A stretch of DNA of 64,000 nt, from NCBI GenBank assembly GCA_025728545.1, contig JAOBJL010000002.1:44178-108177 (forward strand). The letters are read 5' to 3'. Below the pieces are notes generated by a model, which did no database searches, had not been told where the DNA came from, and was given only the letters and a program-made list of their open reading frames with translations. Positions 49,720 to 59,781 of this stretch are shown piece after piece; position 1 is the stretch's first letter, and each line of letters opens with the position of its first letter. The DNA comes from Candidatus Lightella neohaematopini (lineage in GTDB: Bacteria; Pseudomonadota; Gammaproteobacteria; Enterobacterales; Enterobacteriaceae). A program made the translations under genes and the position numbers.

Positions 49720-50283
49720 ATGAATAAAAAATTTTTACTAGAAGTAGAAAAATTAATGAATGATAGTGTGAAATTATTTATTAATAAAATTAATAAAATT
49801 AATATTTATTGTATTTCACCTGATCTAATAAAAAATATAAAGGTTAAACATTATAATAAAGTAATGTTATTACATACTATATCTAGTATAATTATTGATA
49901 ATAACAATACAATATTTATTGATGTTTTTAATAAAAAATTATTGTCATCAGTTAAGAAATCGATTAGAGACTCTAAATTAGAATTAAATCAGTCTTTTAT
50001 TAATAATAAAATTTGTATTTCTAATCCAATTTTAACTAATGAAAGAAGACATAATATATTAAAATTAATTAACAATGAAACAGAAATTGCTCGTATTTCT
50101 ATAAGAAATATAAGGCATAACTATTTAAATAAAATTAAATCTTCGTATAAAAAAAATAAATTCTTTAATAAAGATGAATTTAAGCTTGTAAGTAACAAAA
50201 TTCAGGAAATTACTAATTTTTGGATTAATAAAATAAATAATCATTATTCAACAATAGAAAAAGAAATTTTAATTAAAAATTAG
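49720..50283 (+). CDS. frr: Ribosome recycling factor
   Basis: The 187 aa product matches E. coli in NPILTNERRHNILKLINNETEIARISIRNIRHN ([32 protein letters not shown]). It follows the pyrH-frr-dxr order. Confidence 0.9.
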   Translation: MNKKFLLEVEKLMNDSVKLFINKINKINIYCISPDLIKNIKVKHYNKVMLLHTISSIIIDNNNTIFIDVFNKKLLSSVKKSIRDSKLELNQSFINNKICISNPILTNERRHNILKLINNETEIARISIRNIRHNYLNKIKSSYKKNKFFNKDEFKLVSNKIQEITNFWINKINNHYSTIEKEILIKN

Positions 50284-50309
50284 TTAAATCATTATTTTAA
50301 GTTATATTA

Positions 50310-51509
50310 ATGAGATACATCACTTTATTAGGTAGTACTGGATCAATCGGATGTAATGTTTTAAATATAGTAAAACATGATCTAAGCTTTTTTAAAATTA
50401 TAGCATTAGTAGCAAGAAAAAACGTTAATTTAATGATTAAACAATGTTTATTTTTTAAACCTAAATACGTCTGTATGATTAATAAGAAATCAGCAAAAAT
50501 ATTAAAGGATTATCTAGATTCAATTAATAGTAAAATCATAGTATTATCTGGAATAGATAATGCTTGTAATGTTAGTATATTAAGTAATGTTAACGTAGTT
50601 ATATCAGCTATGTCTGGTATTTCTGGATTATTACCTACCTTTAGTGCGCTAAAAGCAGGAAAAAGAATATTATTAGCTAGCAAAGAAATATTAGTTATAT
50701 GTGGTAAAATTTTTATGCAAGAATTAAAAAATAATAAAATACAATTATTACCTTTAGATAGCGAGCATAGTTCTATTTTTCAAAACCTACCAATAAAATT
50801 TCAGAAAAATCTAGGTAAATATAAATTACAAGATTTTAATATATCAAAAATTATTATTACAGGTTCTGGCGGGCCATTTAGAAAAATTAATCAAGGTAAT
50901 TTAAATCATATTACTCCAAAACAAGCATATAATCATCCTAATTGGAAAATGGGAAAAAAAATTTCTATAGATTCGGCTACCATGATAAATAAAGGATTTG
51001 AATATATTGAAGCACGTTATTTATTTAATGCAAACGAAAAACAAATAGAATTATTAATTCATCCTCAATCTATTGTTCATTCTATAATCTGTTATAATAA
51101 TGGCCATATGTCTGCACAGCTTAGTTATCCTAATATGCAAATATATATTTGTTACGCTATGTATTATCCTAATTTTAATAACAAAGAAATAAAACTATTA
51201 GATTTATATGAATTAAATAAATTAAGTTTTGAAAATATTAATTTTAATAAATATCCTTGTTTAAAATTAGCTATTGATGCAATTAATGCAAGTCAATCTG
51301 CTGTAATTATATTAAGTTCAGCTAATGAAGTAGCAGTATATGCTTTTATTAATAAATTAATAAAATTTACAGATATAGCAATTATTAATAAATTAGTGTT
51401 AAATAAATTATATTTTTTAGAACCTAAAAATATACAAGATATTATATATATATATAAACTAACAAAAAAATTTACTAAAAAAATGATATTAACTAAATTT
51501 AATAAGTAA
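50310..51509 (+). CDS. dxr: 1-deoxy-D-xylulose-5-phosphate reductoisomerase
   Basis: The 399 aa product contains LLGSTGSIG, LLPLDSEHSSIFQ and NHPNWKMGKKISIDSATMINKGFE. Confidence 0.95.
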   Translation: MRYITLLGSTGSIGCNVLNIVKHDLSFFKIIALVARKNVNLMIKQCLFFKPKYVCMINKKSAKILKDYLDSINSKIIVLSGIDNACNVSILSNVNVVISAMSGISGLLPTFSALKAGKRILLASKEILVICGKIFMQELKNNKIQLLPLDSEHSSIFQNLPIKFQKNLGKYKLQDFNISKIIITGSGGPFRKINQGNLNHITPKQAYNHPNWKMGKKISIDSATMINKGFEYIEARYLFNANEKQIELLIHPQSIVHSIICYNNGHMSAQLSYPNMQIYICYAMYYPNFNNKEIKLLDLYELNKLSFENINFNKYPCLKLAIDAINASQSAVIILSSANEVAVYAFINKLIKFTDIAIINKLVLNKLYFLEPKNIQDIIYIYKLTKKFTKKMILTKFNK

Positions 51510-51552
51510 AAACATAAATTAAAATATTAAATAATATTAATGAGAAAGTAAT

Positions 51553-52272
51553 TTGTTATTGTCTAATATAAATACATCACCAAAACATATTGCCATAATT
51601 ATGGATGGTAATAGACGTTGGGCAAAAGTTAGAGGTAAATTAAGTATATTTGGTTACCAAAATGGTGTAAAATCAGCTAAACGTGCAATAGAATTCGCGA
51701 TAAAAAATAATTTTAATACACTAACACTATATGCTTTTAGTAGTGAAAACTGGAATAGACCAATGTCAGAAGTAAATGAATTAATGGAATTATTTAAGTA
51801 TTCTTTAAAGAATGGAATATATAATTTACATGATAAAAAAGTTAAATTAAAAATTATTGGTGATACTTCTAAATTTGAAAAAACGTTAAAGAAAATTATT
51901 TATGATTCAGAAAAACTAACTAAAGATAATAACGGATTAAATTTAAATATTGCTATAAACTATGGTGGTAGATGGGATATAATTCAGGGTATAAAAAAAA
52001 TTATAAATAAAGTTCAAATGGGATTAATTAATCCAAATCAAATAAACGAACAAACTTTATGCCAAGTAATATCTATGAATGATTTAGATCCTGTAGATTT
52101 AGTAATACGTACAGGAGGAGAGTATAGAATTAGTAATTTTTTATTATGGCAAATAGCTTATTCTGAGTTGTTTTTTACTGATGTATTATGGCCAGATTTC
52201 AATGAAAATATATTTTTTAATGCTATAAAATTCTTTTCTCAAAGAGACAGAAGATTTGGTGCTGTTAAATAA
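51553..52272 (+). CDS. uppS: Undecaprenyl-diphosphate synthase
   Basis: The 239 aa product contains HIAIIMDGNRRWA, LTLYAFSSENWNRP and RTGGEYRISNFLLWQIAYSELFFTDVLWPDF. The reading frame opens just after the TGA at 51541. Only TTG starts (51553/51559) precede the conserved HIAIIMDG, and GAGAAAG lies upstream. Confidence 0.9.
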   Translation: MLLSNINTSPKHIAIIMDGNRRWAKVRGKLSIFGYQNGVKSAKRAIEFAIKNNFNTLTLYAFSSENWNRPMSEVNELMELFKYSLKNGIYNLHDKKVKLKIIGDTSKFEKTLKKIIYDSEKLTKDNNGLNLNIAINYGGRWDIIQGIKKIINKVQMGLINPNQINEQTLCQVISMNDLDPVDLVIRTGGEYRISNFLLWQIAYSELFFTDVLWPDFNENIFFNAIKFFSQRDRRFGAVK

Positions 52273-52317
52273 TTACTGTTATAAAACTAATAAAATAATG
52301 GATAAAATTAATTGTTA

Positions 52318-53154
52318 ATGAAAAGAATATTTACTTCTATAACAATTATTACTATAATTAGTTTACTAATTTTTAGATGTTCTAAAAATGTTTTCATCTT
52401 ATCATTGTTTATTATTTGTACTATAAGTTCATTAGAATGGAGTAAAATATCTAATTTAAACAGTAATTTTTATCGATTATTATTATTAGTTATTAATAAT
52501 ATTATTTTAAGTATAATAATATTTTTAGTTATTAATATAAAAATATCATATAGAAAATTACTATTATTAGTTTTAACATTTATACCAATAATTTGGTGGT
52601 TAGTGGCTATTTATCTATTGTTAACTTATAATAAATCATTCAAGATATGGTATTATTCAAAAATAATGAAATCATTATTTAGTGTATTTACTATAGTACC
52701 GTTATTATATGATGTTGTAATTATATACTTATATTATAATAATATCGGTTTATTTCATAATGCATTATTGATATATTTAATAATAATTATATCTCTTATT
52801 GATTCAATATCATTTATATATGGTAGTAACTTTGGTTACAGAAAACTAATACCTATTATTTCACCTAACAAAACATGGGAAGGTTTTATTATTGGATTAA
52901 TATTATCCATGATAATATCATTTATGTTAATAAATATCATGTTTAACTATAACAAACTATTATTATTAATAAGTTCAGTTACATCTTTATCATTATCAAT
53001 AATAGGTGATTTAGTTGAAAGTATGTTAAAAAGATCAGCTAATCTAAAAAATAGTAGTAATATTTTACCAGGTCATGGAGGTCTATTAGATAGAATAGAT
53101 AGTTTTTCTATATCCATACCAGTATTCACATTTTTACTAACAATATTTAATTAA
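52318..53154 (+). CDS. cdsA: Phosphatidate cytidylyltransferase (CDP-diglyceride synthase)
   Basis: The C-terminus SMLKRSANLKNSSNILPGHGGLLDRIDSFSISIPVF matches E. coli [36 protein letters not shown]. The ATG at 52318 is taken as the start. The track ORF starts 2 codons earlier at TTG. Confidence 0.9.
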   Translation: MKRIFTSITIITIISLLIFRCSKNVFILSLFIICTISSLEWSKISNLNSNFYRLLLLVINNIILSIIIFLVINIKISYRKLLLLVLTFIPIIWWLVAIYLLLTYNKSFKIWYYSKIMKSLFSVFTIVPLLYDVVIIYLYYNNIGLFHNALLIYLIIIISLIDSISFIYGSNFGYRKLIPIISPNKTWEGFIIGLILSMIISFMLINIMFNYNKLLLLISSVTSLSLSIIGDLVESMLKRSANLKNSSNILPGHGGLLDRIDSFSISIPVFTFLLTIFN

Positions 53155-53300
53155 TATTTATAAACTAATTTTATTTTGTAGATAACTTTTAAAAATTACC
53201 ATTTATTGACTTAATAAATTTCTAAAAAAATAAATAATTATTAAAACAGATTATTTGTAAACAAAACAACTATTTAAATATACTAATTTTAATAAATTTT

Positions 53301-55676
53301 ATGTCCAAAATAATAAATAATTTAATAACAAAGATAATTTTATTATTTTCAATAATTATTTGTCAACCTATTTATAGTACAGAGAAATTTAATATACAAA
53401 ATATTTTAATAAAAGGATTAAAACATGTAGATATAAATTATCTACTTAAAGATATACCAATACATAATAATTTAGTATCTTGTATGGATATTAATAAAAC
53501 TATTAAATCATTATTTAATCTTGGTTATTTTAGTAATATAAAAATTTTCTTAGAAAAGAAAACACTAATTATAAAATTAACAGAAAGACCAATAATATCT
53601 AATATAACATTCTATGGTAATACTTATATAAGTAAATTAATAATATTAAATTTATTAAAATATAATAATATCGTAATTGGTGAATTTTATAATGATTTTA
53701 ATATAAAAAAATTTCTATATATGATAAGACAATTATATATTAGTTTTGGTAAATATAATAATAAAATTAATATTGTAAAAAAAATAACATGTAATAATCA
53801 AATTATAATCAATATTAGTATATATGAAGGAATAACAGCAAAAATTAAACAAATTAATATTATTGGTAACTACTATTTTAATTTTAAATCATTAGTTTAT
53901 CCATTTATATCTATAAATAAACTAAATTTAAAAAATAGTATTAATAATATTGAATTCACAGAACAAAAATTAAGACAATATATAAAAATGTTAACTGTAT
54001 TTTATTTTAGTAATGGTTACATAAAATTCTATATAGAACATATTTATACTATTGTATCTAAAGATAAAAAATATGTATTTATTACTATCAAAATACATGA
54101 AGGGCAACAGTATAAAATAACTAGCTTAGTTATGAATTGTAACATACCTAGTGTATATAATAATACAGATTATATAAAATTAAATATAGTGTATAACATT
54201 TATAATTTAAAAAAGTTAAAAAATAATATTATTAGTTTATTTAATCAATATGGTTTTGCTAAAGTTAAAATTAATTATAAATTAGATATTAATGATTTAA
54301 ATAAATCAGTAGTAGTATATATTAATATTAATAGCGGTAAACGTTATTATGTTAGATATATACATTTTTATGGTAATAACTATACTAAAGATTATGTATT
54401 AAGACGTGAAATACTACAAACAGAAAATTCATTCTTTAATAAGAACTTAATTAAAAGTGATATATTAAAAATAAAAAATTTAGGGTTTTTTAAACAGATA
54501 AAAGTAAAAATAATTTACATTAATCAAAAAAATAATATCGTTGATATAATATATAAAGTCAAAGAGTACAATTTTAATAAAATTAAAACTAATATTAATT
54601 TTAATATTAGTAGTAACTTTAATGTAAAATTAAACTTATTACAAAATAATTTATTAGGATATGGTAATAAAATAAATATTACGGAGCTAAAAAATAAATA
54701 TCATAACTATTTTGAGATATTTACTATGAATCCATTTTTAACTTTAAATAAAGTTAACATAAAGGGTAAATTATTTTTTGATTTATCTAATAAAAAAAAA
54801 TATACTCAAAATAATACTTTAAATAAGTATGGTGTTGGTATAAATTTTAATATACCAATTAATTGTAATAATAATTTAGATATTGGTATAGAAAGTATAC
54901 ATAATATTATGTACTATATAAAACCTCAATTATCAACAATCTTTTACTTAAATAGTGTTAATATTTATCCAGATATTAATAATTATATAAATAGTAATTT
55001 TACAATTAGTGACATATTATTATTAACTAATTGGACTTATACTAATATTGATAATAATAATTATTTTCCTAGTAATGGTTTATTAATTAATATGATAAAT
55101 AAATTTACTATTCTAAATTCTAAGAATAACTTTTATAATATTATATTAAATATTAATAAATTTATGTCTTTTGGTAGAAAGAAAAATTTTGTTTTAACTT
55201 CGCATATAAATGTTGGTTATTTAGGTAATTTTAATAATAAATTAACACCATTCTATAATAATTTTTATACAGATAATAATAATTTCATTAGAGGTTTTCA
55301 GTATAACAGTTTAGGTAAAAAAAATGTATACTATAAATGTTATAGCACTAATACCTATAATAAATGTAAATTAATACTATCTAATAATAGTATTGGAGGA
55401 AATATTATTGCCTTAATAAATACTGAATTAATATTACCATTAATTAAAAATTATGTAAAAACAGCACGTATATCATTATTTATTGATACTGGTAATATTT
55501 GGAGTAAAAATAATTTATTAGATTTTACAGATACACATTTTAGATTATCTAATGGTATCTCTATAAAAATTATTTCTCCGTTTGGCCCAATATCATTTTC
55601 TTATGCTTATCCTATTAAAAAATATAAAGATGATAAAATAGAAAGATTACAATTTAATTTTAATAAGTTTTATTAA
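53301..55676 (+). CDS. bamA: Outer membrane protein assembly factor BamA
   Basis: The 791 aa product has a signal peptide, POTRA-like repeats (I.I.G...), YVRYIHFYGNNYTKDYVLRRE (POTRA5) and a C-terminal beta-barrel ending ..RLQFNFNKFY with an aromatic terminus. It follows the cdsA-bamA-skp order. Confidence 0.9.
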   Translation: MSKIINNLITKIILLFSIIICQPIYSTEKFNIQNILIKGLKHVDINYLLKDIPIHNNLVSCMDINKTIKSLFNLGYFSNIKIFLEKKTLIIKLTERPIISNITFYGNTYISKLIILNLLKYNNIVIGEFYNDFNIKKFLYMIRQLYISFGKYNNKINIVKKITCNNQIIINISIYEGITAKIKQINIIGNYYFNFKSLVYPFISINKLNLKNSINNIEFTEQKLRQYIKMLTVFYFSNGYIKFYIEHIYTIVSKDKKYVFITIKIHEGQQYKITSLVMNCNIPSVYNNTDYIKLNIVYNIYNLKKLKNNIISLFNQYGFAKVKINYKLDINDLNKSVVVYININSGKRYYVRYIHFYGNNYTKDYVLRREILQTENSFFNKNLIKSDILKIKNLGFFKQIKVKIIYINQKNNIVDIIYKVKEYNFNKIKTNINFNISSNFNVKLNLLQNNLLGYGNKINITELKNKYHNYFEIFTMNPFLTLNKVNIKGKLFFDLSNKKKYTQNNTLNKYGVGINFNIPINCNNNLDIGIESIHNIMYYIKPQLSTIFYLNSVNIYPDINNYINSNFTISDILLLTNWTYTNIDNNNYFPSNGLLINMINKFTILNSKNNFYNIILNINKFMSFGRKKNFVLTSHINVGYLGNFNNKLTPFYNNFYTDNNNFIRGFQYNSLGKKNVYYKCYSTNTYNKCKLILSNNSIGGNIIALINTELILPLIKNYVKTARISLFIDTGNIWSKNNLLDFTDTHFRLSNGISIKIISPFGPISFSYAYPIKKYKDDKIERLQFNFNKFY

Positions 55677-55726
55677 AATTATTACTAGTATTTTTAAAAT
55701 ATTTATAAATTTAGGAATATATATTT

Positions 55727-56227
55727 ATGTGTAACAAATTATTTATTATTAGTATAATTTTACTAACTGTTATTGTTCCATTTAAAGTATTAGCTTGTAA
55801 TAAAATTGTAATAGTTAATATTAGTGAAATTTTTCAACGATATCCTAAAAGAATAGAAATTGCTAAAGAACTTGAAAGTGAATTTGAAAATGAAGCAAAT
55901 GAATTACAATTAATGGAACATGAAATACAAAATAAAATACAATACTTACAACATTATGGATCTAGTATGAAAATTAATGAACGTAATGAATTAGAAAATT
56001 CATTAATTAAACAACGTGAAATTTTTTCTAATAAAGCACAAGAATTTGAACAAAATAATCGTCGTAGACAGACGGAAGAACGAGATAAAATTTTATTAGT
56101 AATTCAAAATATAGTAAAAAATATTGCTGTAAAATATAAGTATGATATAGTATTAGATTCAAGTACTGTTGTATATTCTAATAAAATTAAAGATATTACT
56201 AATGAAGTATTACAATTAATTAGATAA
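55727..56227 (+). CDS. skp: Periplasmic chaperone Skp
   Basis: The 166 aa product has a signal peptide. NKIVIVNISEIFQ matches E. coli DKIAIVNMGSLFQ, and it also has ..LESEFENEANELQ.ME. and a C-terminal DITNEVLQLI. It sits between bamA and lpxD. Confidence 0.85.
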   Translation: MCNKLFIISIILLTVIVPFKVLACNKIVIVNISEIFQRYPKRIEIAKELESEFENEANELQLMEHEIQNKIQYLQHYGSSMKINERNELENSLIKQREIFSNKAQEFEQNNRRRQTEERDKILLVIQNIVKNIAVKYKYDIVLDSSTVVYSNKIKDITNEVLQLIR

Positions 56228-56235
56228 CATAATCT

Positions 56236-57246
56236 ATGTTTACTATTAAGATAACTGATCTAGCAAGACAATTAAATGCTAAATTGTTAGGTGATAATAA
56301 TATAATAATTCATGGCATTACCTCTATCTATAATACAAAAAAACATTATATTACTTTTCTCGCCAATAATAAATTACGTTTTTTATTGTCTAATTGTAAA
56401 GCATCAGCGATTATTATAGATAAAAGTAATGTATCATTTTGCAAAATTACTTCTTTAGTAGTAGATAATCCTTATCTTGCTTATGTTTTATTTGCAAAAA
56501 AACTGTATAATATAATACATAATAACATTATAGACAACGCAAAAGAAAAAGATGTTACTTTAGGAAAAAATGTTAATATTAGTAATAACGTAGTAATAGA
56601 AAAAAATGTAAAATTAGGAAATAATGTTTTTATTGGATCAAATTGTTTTATTGGTAAAAATGTAAATATTAAAGATAATACAAAGTTATTTAATAATGTT
56701 ACTATTCATTACGATACTATAATTGGTAGTAATTGTGTTATTCAGTCTGGTACTGTAATTGGATCAGATGGATTTGGTTATATTAAAGATAAAAAAAAAT
56801 GGTTAAAAGTACCACATTTAGGAAAAGTAATTATTAAAAATTATGTAGAGATTGGATCATGTACTACTATAGATCGAGGTACATTAGATGATACAATTAT
56901 TAGTGACGGAGTTATTATAGATAATCAATGTCAAATAGCACATAATGTTACTATAGGTAAATATACAGCTATCGCTGGAGGGGTAATAATTGCTGGTAGT
57001 TCACATATAGGAAATAATTGCTTAATAGGCGGTGCAACTGTGATTAATGGTCATATTCATATTTGTGATAAAGTTACTATTACTGGTATGAGTATGGTAA
57101 TCCGTTCAATTAAAAAATCTGGCGTATATTCTTCTGGTATTCCAGTACAACAAAATAATAAGTGGCGTAAAACAACAGTATTAACTATGAACATTAATAA
57201 AATTAATGAACGTATAAAAATTATTGAAAAGAATATTAGTAAATAG
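56236..57246 (+). CDS. lpxD: UDP-3-O-(3-hydroxymyristoyl)glucosamine N-acyltransferase
   Basis: The 336 aa product contains [23 protein letters not shown], hexapeptide repeats, [19 protein letters not shown] and PGVYSSGIP-like [10 protein letters not shown]. Confidence 0.9.
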   Translation: MFTIKITDLARQLNAKLLGDNNIIIHGITSIYNTKKHYITFLANNKLRFLLSNCKASAIIIDKSNVSFCKITSLVVDNPYLAYVLFAKKLYNIIHNNIIDNAKEKDVTLGKNVNISNNVVIEKNVKLGNNVFIGSNCFIGKNVNIKDNTKLFNNVTIHYDTIIGSNCVIQSGTVIGSDGFGYIKDKKKWLKVPHLGKVIIKNYVEIGSCTTIDRGTLDDTIISDGVIIDNQCQIAHNVTIGKYTAIAGGVIIAGSSHIGNNCLIGGATVINGHIHICDKVTITGMSMVIRSIKKSGVYSSGIPVQQNNKWRKTTVLTMNINKINERIKIIEKNISK

Positions 57247-57334
57247 ATAATATTTTTTATTTTTTAAATTATTTAAATTTATTTAATAATACTTTATTTT
57301 TATTAAGAATACTATTTTAGTAGGAATTATTTTT

Positions 57335-57790
57335 TTGAATATTAATAATCATTCTTTAAATATCAAAGAAATACTAAAGCTATTACCACATCGATTTCCA
57401 TTTTTATTAATAGATCATGTGCTATATTTCGAACGTGGTAGATTTTTACGTGCAATAAAAAATGTTTCTTTTAATGAACCATTCTTTCAAGGTCATTTTC
57501 CTGGAAAACCAATATTTCCTGGAGTATTAATTTTAGAAACTATGGCTCAAGCAACTGGTATTTTAGCTTTTAAGAGTGCAAGTAAATTAGTTCCTGGAGA
57601 ATTATATTATTTTGCTGCTATTAATTCAGCTAGATTTAAAAAACCAGTGCAACCTGGTGACCAAATGATTATCGAAGTAACTTTTGTTAAAGAGCGTAAT
57701 GGAATAGCTAGATTTAATGGTATTGTTAAAGTAGCTAACGTATTAGTTTGTACAGCATCTATGATGTGTGCTCGTAGGAAGGATATTTAA
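57335..57790 (+). CDS. fabZ: 3-hydroxyacyl-ACP dehydratase FabZ
   Basis: The product is 151 aa, the same length as in E. coli. It uses a TTG start with TAGGA upstream. [13 protein letters not shown]...[33 protein letters not shown] is nearly identical to E. coli FabZ. Confidence 0.95.
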   Translation: MNINNHSLNIKEILKLLPHRFPFLLIDHVLYFERGRFLRAIKNVSFNEPFFQGHFPGKPIFPGVLILETMAQATGILAFKSASKLVPGELYYFAAINSARFKKPVQPGDQMIIEVTFVKERNGIARFNGIVKVANVLVCTASMMCARRKDI

Positions 57791-57798
57791 AAAATAAG

Positions 57799-58587
57799 AT
57801 GATTGATCAATCTTCTTTTATACATCCCAGTGCTATTATCGAAAAAGGAGCCACTATTCATGCTAATGCATATATTGGGCCATTCTGTTTTATAGGACCA
57901 CAAGTATGTATAGGAGCCAGAACTACATTAAGATCACATGTTGTAGTAAATGGTATAACAAGTATCGGTGAAGATAATAAAATTTATGCTTTTGCTATTT
58001 TAGGTGAAGTAAATCAAGATTTAAAATATAATAGTGAACCTACTAGAGTAGAAATCGGTGATCGTAATATTATTAGGGAAAATGTTACTATTCATAGAGG
58101 AACTCGGCAAGGTAGAGAAGTAACTAAGGTTGGTAATGATAATTTACTTATGGTTAATACACATATTGCTCATGACTGTATTATTGGTAATCACTGCATT
58201 ATGGCGAACAATACTACTTTAGGTGGGCATGTATCAATCGATGATTACACTGTTATTGGTGGTATGACAGCAATACATCAGTTTTGTATTATTGGAGCTT
58301 ATGTTATGATTGGAGGATGTTCTGGAGTAGCACAAGATGTACCTCCATGTATTATAGCTCATGGTAATCATGCTATTCCTTTTGGTTTAAATAAAAAGGG
58401 TTTAAAAAAATACGGTTTTGTTAATTATGAACTAAATGCTATTAACACAGCATATAAAATTATATATAGAAATGGTAATACTATAAAAAAAGCTAAATTA
58501 GAATTAACTAAATTAGCAAAACATAATCCAATAGTAACTATTTTTTTAGATTTTTTATCTCGTTCAAAAAGAGGTATTATTCGTTAG
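57799..58587 (+). CDS. lpxA: UDP-N-acetylglucosamine O-acyltransferase
   Basis: The product is 262 aa, the same length as in E. coli. It contains [44 protein letters not shown] and [12 protein letters not shown], and is highly similar to E. coli LpxA. Confidence 0.95.
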   Translation: MIDQSSFIHPSAIIEKGATIHANAYIGPFCFIGPQVCIGARTTLRSHVVVNGITSIGEDNKIYAFAILGEVNQDLKYNSEPTRVEIGDRNIIRENVTIHRGTRQGREVTKVGNDNLLMVNTHIAHDCIIGNHCIMANNTTLGGHVSIDDYTVIGGMTAIHQFCIIGAYVMIGGCSGVAQDVPPCIIAHGNHAIPFGLNKKGLKKYGFVNYELNAINTAYKIIYRNGNTIKKAKLELTKLAKHNPIVTIFLDFLSRSKRGIIR

Positions 58588-58596
58588 TATTATATT

Positions 58597-59748
58597 ATGA
58601 TTAAATTAATTAATATTGGTTTAGTAGTTGGTGAATTTTCTGGTGATTTAATAGGTGCTAAATTAATAAAAAATATAAAAAAATATTTAAATAATGTTAA
58701 TTTTCTTGGTATTGCTGGACCATTAATGCAATTAGAAGGAATGAAAACTTGGTTTAATATTGATGAATTAATGTTATTTGGTATTACTAATGTAATTTAT
58801 AATTTGTCCAGAATTAAATTTATCAAATATAATATTTTGAAAAAATTAGTAAATGCTAATATTGATATTTTTATTGGCATAGATAGTCCAGAAATAAACA
58901 TTTTTTTAGAAACTAAACTTAAAAAAATTGGTATTTATACTATTCACTACATTAGTCCATCAATTTGGGCTTGGCGGAAAAGAAGAATTAAAAAATTAAA
59001 ATATGCTACTAGTAATGTATTTATTACGTTTCCATTCGAAAAAAAATTTTATGAATATTATAATGTTAATCATAAATTTATTGGTCATCCTATAGCAGAA
59101 AATTTACCAATTTATCCAAATAAGTTATTAATGAGAAAAAAATTAAATATAGATAATCATAGTTTATGTTTAGTAATGTTACCAGGTAGTCGTAAAATAG
59201 AAATAGATATGATTAGTGTTAGTTTTCTTCAATGTATATTAATTTTAAAGAGGGTTTTTCCTAATTTAATTGTTATTGTGCCATTAAATAATCAAGATCG
59301 TATTAATCAATTTACTAAAATTAAAAATAATATTATTCCTGATATTAATATAAAAATAATAAACTATCCAGCATACCGAATTATGGTAGCTTCTGATATA
59401 GCTTTATTAGCATCAGGTACAGCAACATTAGAATGTATGATAGCTAAATGTCCAATGGTAGTTGGTTATCGTATTCCATTGCTAGATTTTATTATTGCAA
59501 AAATGTTAGTTCATGTTAAATGGATATCATTACCTAATTTATTAGCTAATAAATATATAGTTAATGAATATATACAACATAATCTTAAACCAGAATTGCT
59601 AGCATCTACAATCATTAAAATTATTTTAAATAAAAATTATCAACGTAAAATCAAAAATATTTTTGTTAACTTACATAAAAAAATAAATTTAAATGCTAGT
59701 GAGTTAGCAACAAAAATAATATTACAAAACATTAATGTAGACAGATAA
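58597..59748 (+). CDS. lpxB: Lipid-A-disaccharide synthase
   Basis: The 383 aa product contains VVGEFSGDLIGA.LI, GIDSPEINIFLE, IHYISPSIWAWR, MLPGSR and LLASGTATLECMIAKCPMVVGYR. Confidence 0.9.
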   Translation: MIKLINIGLVVGEFSGDLIGAKLIKNIKKYLNNVNFLGIAGPLMQLEGMKTWFNIDELMLFGITNVIYNLSRIKFIKYNILKKLVNANIDIFIGIDSPEINIFLETKLKKIGIYTIHYISPSIWAWRKRRIKKLKYATSNVFITFPFEKKFYEYYNVNHKFIGHPIAENLPIYPNKLLMRKKLNIDNHSLCLVMLPGSRKIEIDMISVSFLQCILILKRVFPNLIVIVPLNNQDRINQFTKIKNNIIPDINIKIINYPAYRIMVASDIALLASGTATLECMIAKCPMVVGYRIPLLDFIIAKMLVHVKWISLPNLLANKYIVNEYIQHNLKPELLASTIIKIILNKNYQRKIKNIFVNLHKKINLNASELATKIILQNINVDR

Positions 59749-59781
59749 TATTTATATTAAATAATATAATTTATAATTATT

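Noticed and set aside
57335-58587. The higher-GC fabZ-lpxA segment as a candidate horizontal acquisition.
   Set aside because: The lpxD-fabZ-lpxA-lpxB order is intact. Comparable GC islands coincide with other highly conserved genes and RNA genes. Selective constraint is the simpler explanation, and the observation is kept only as a low-interest finding.
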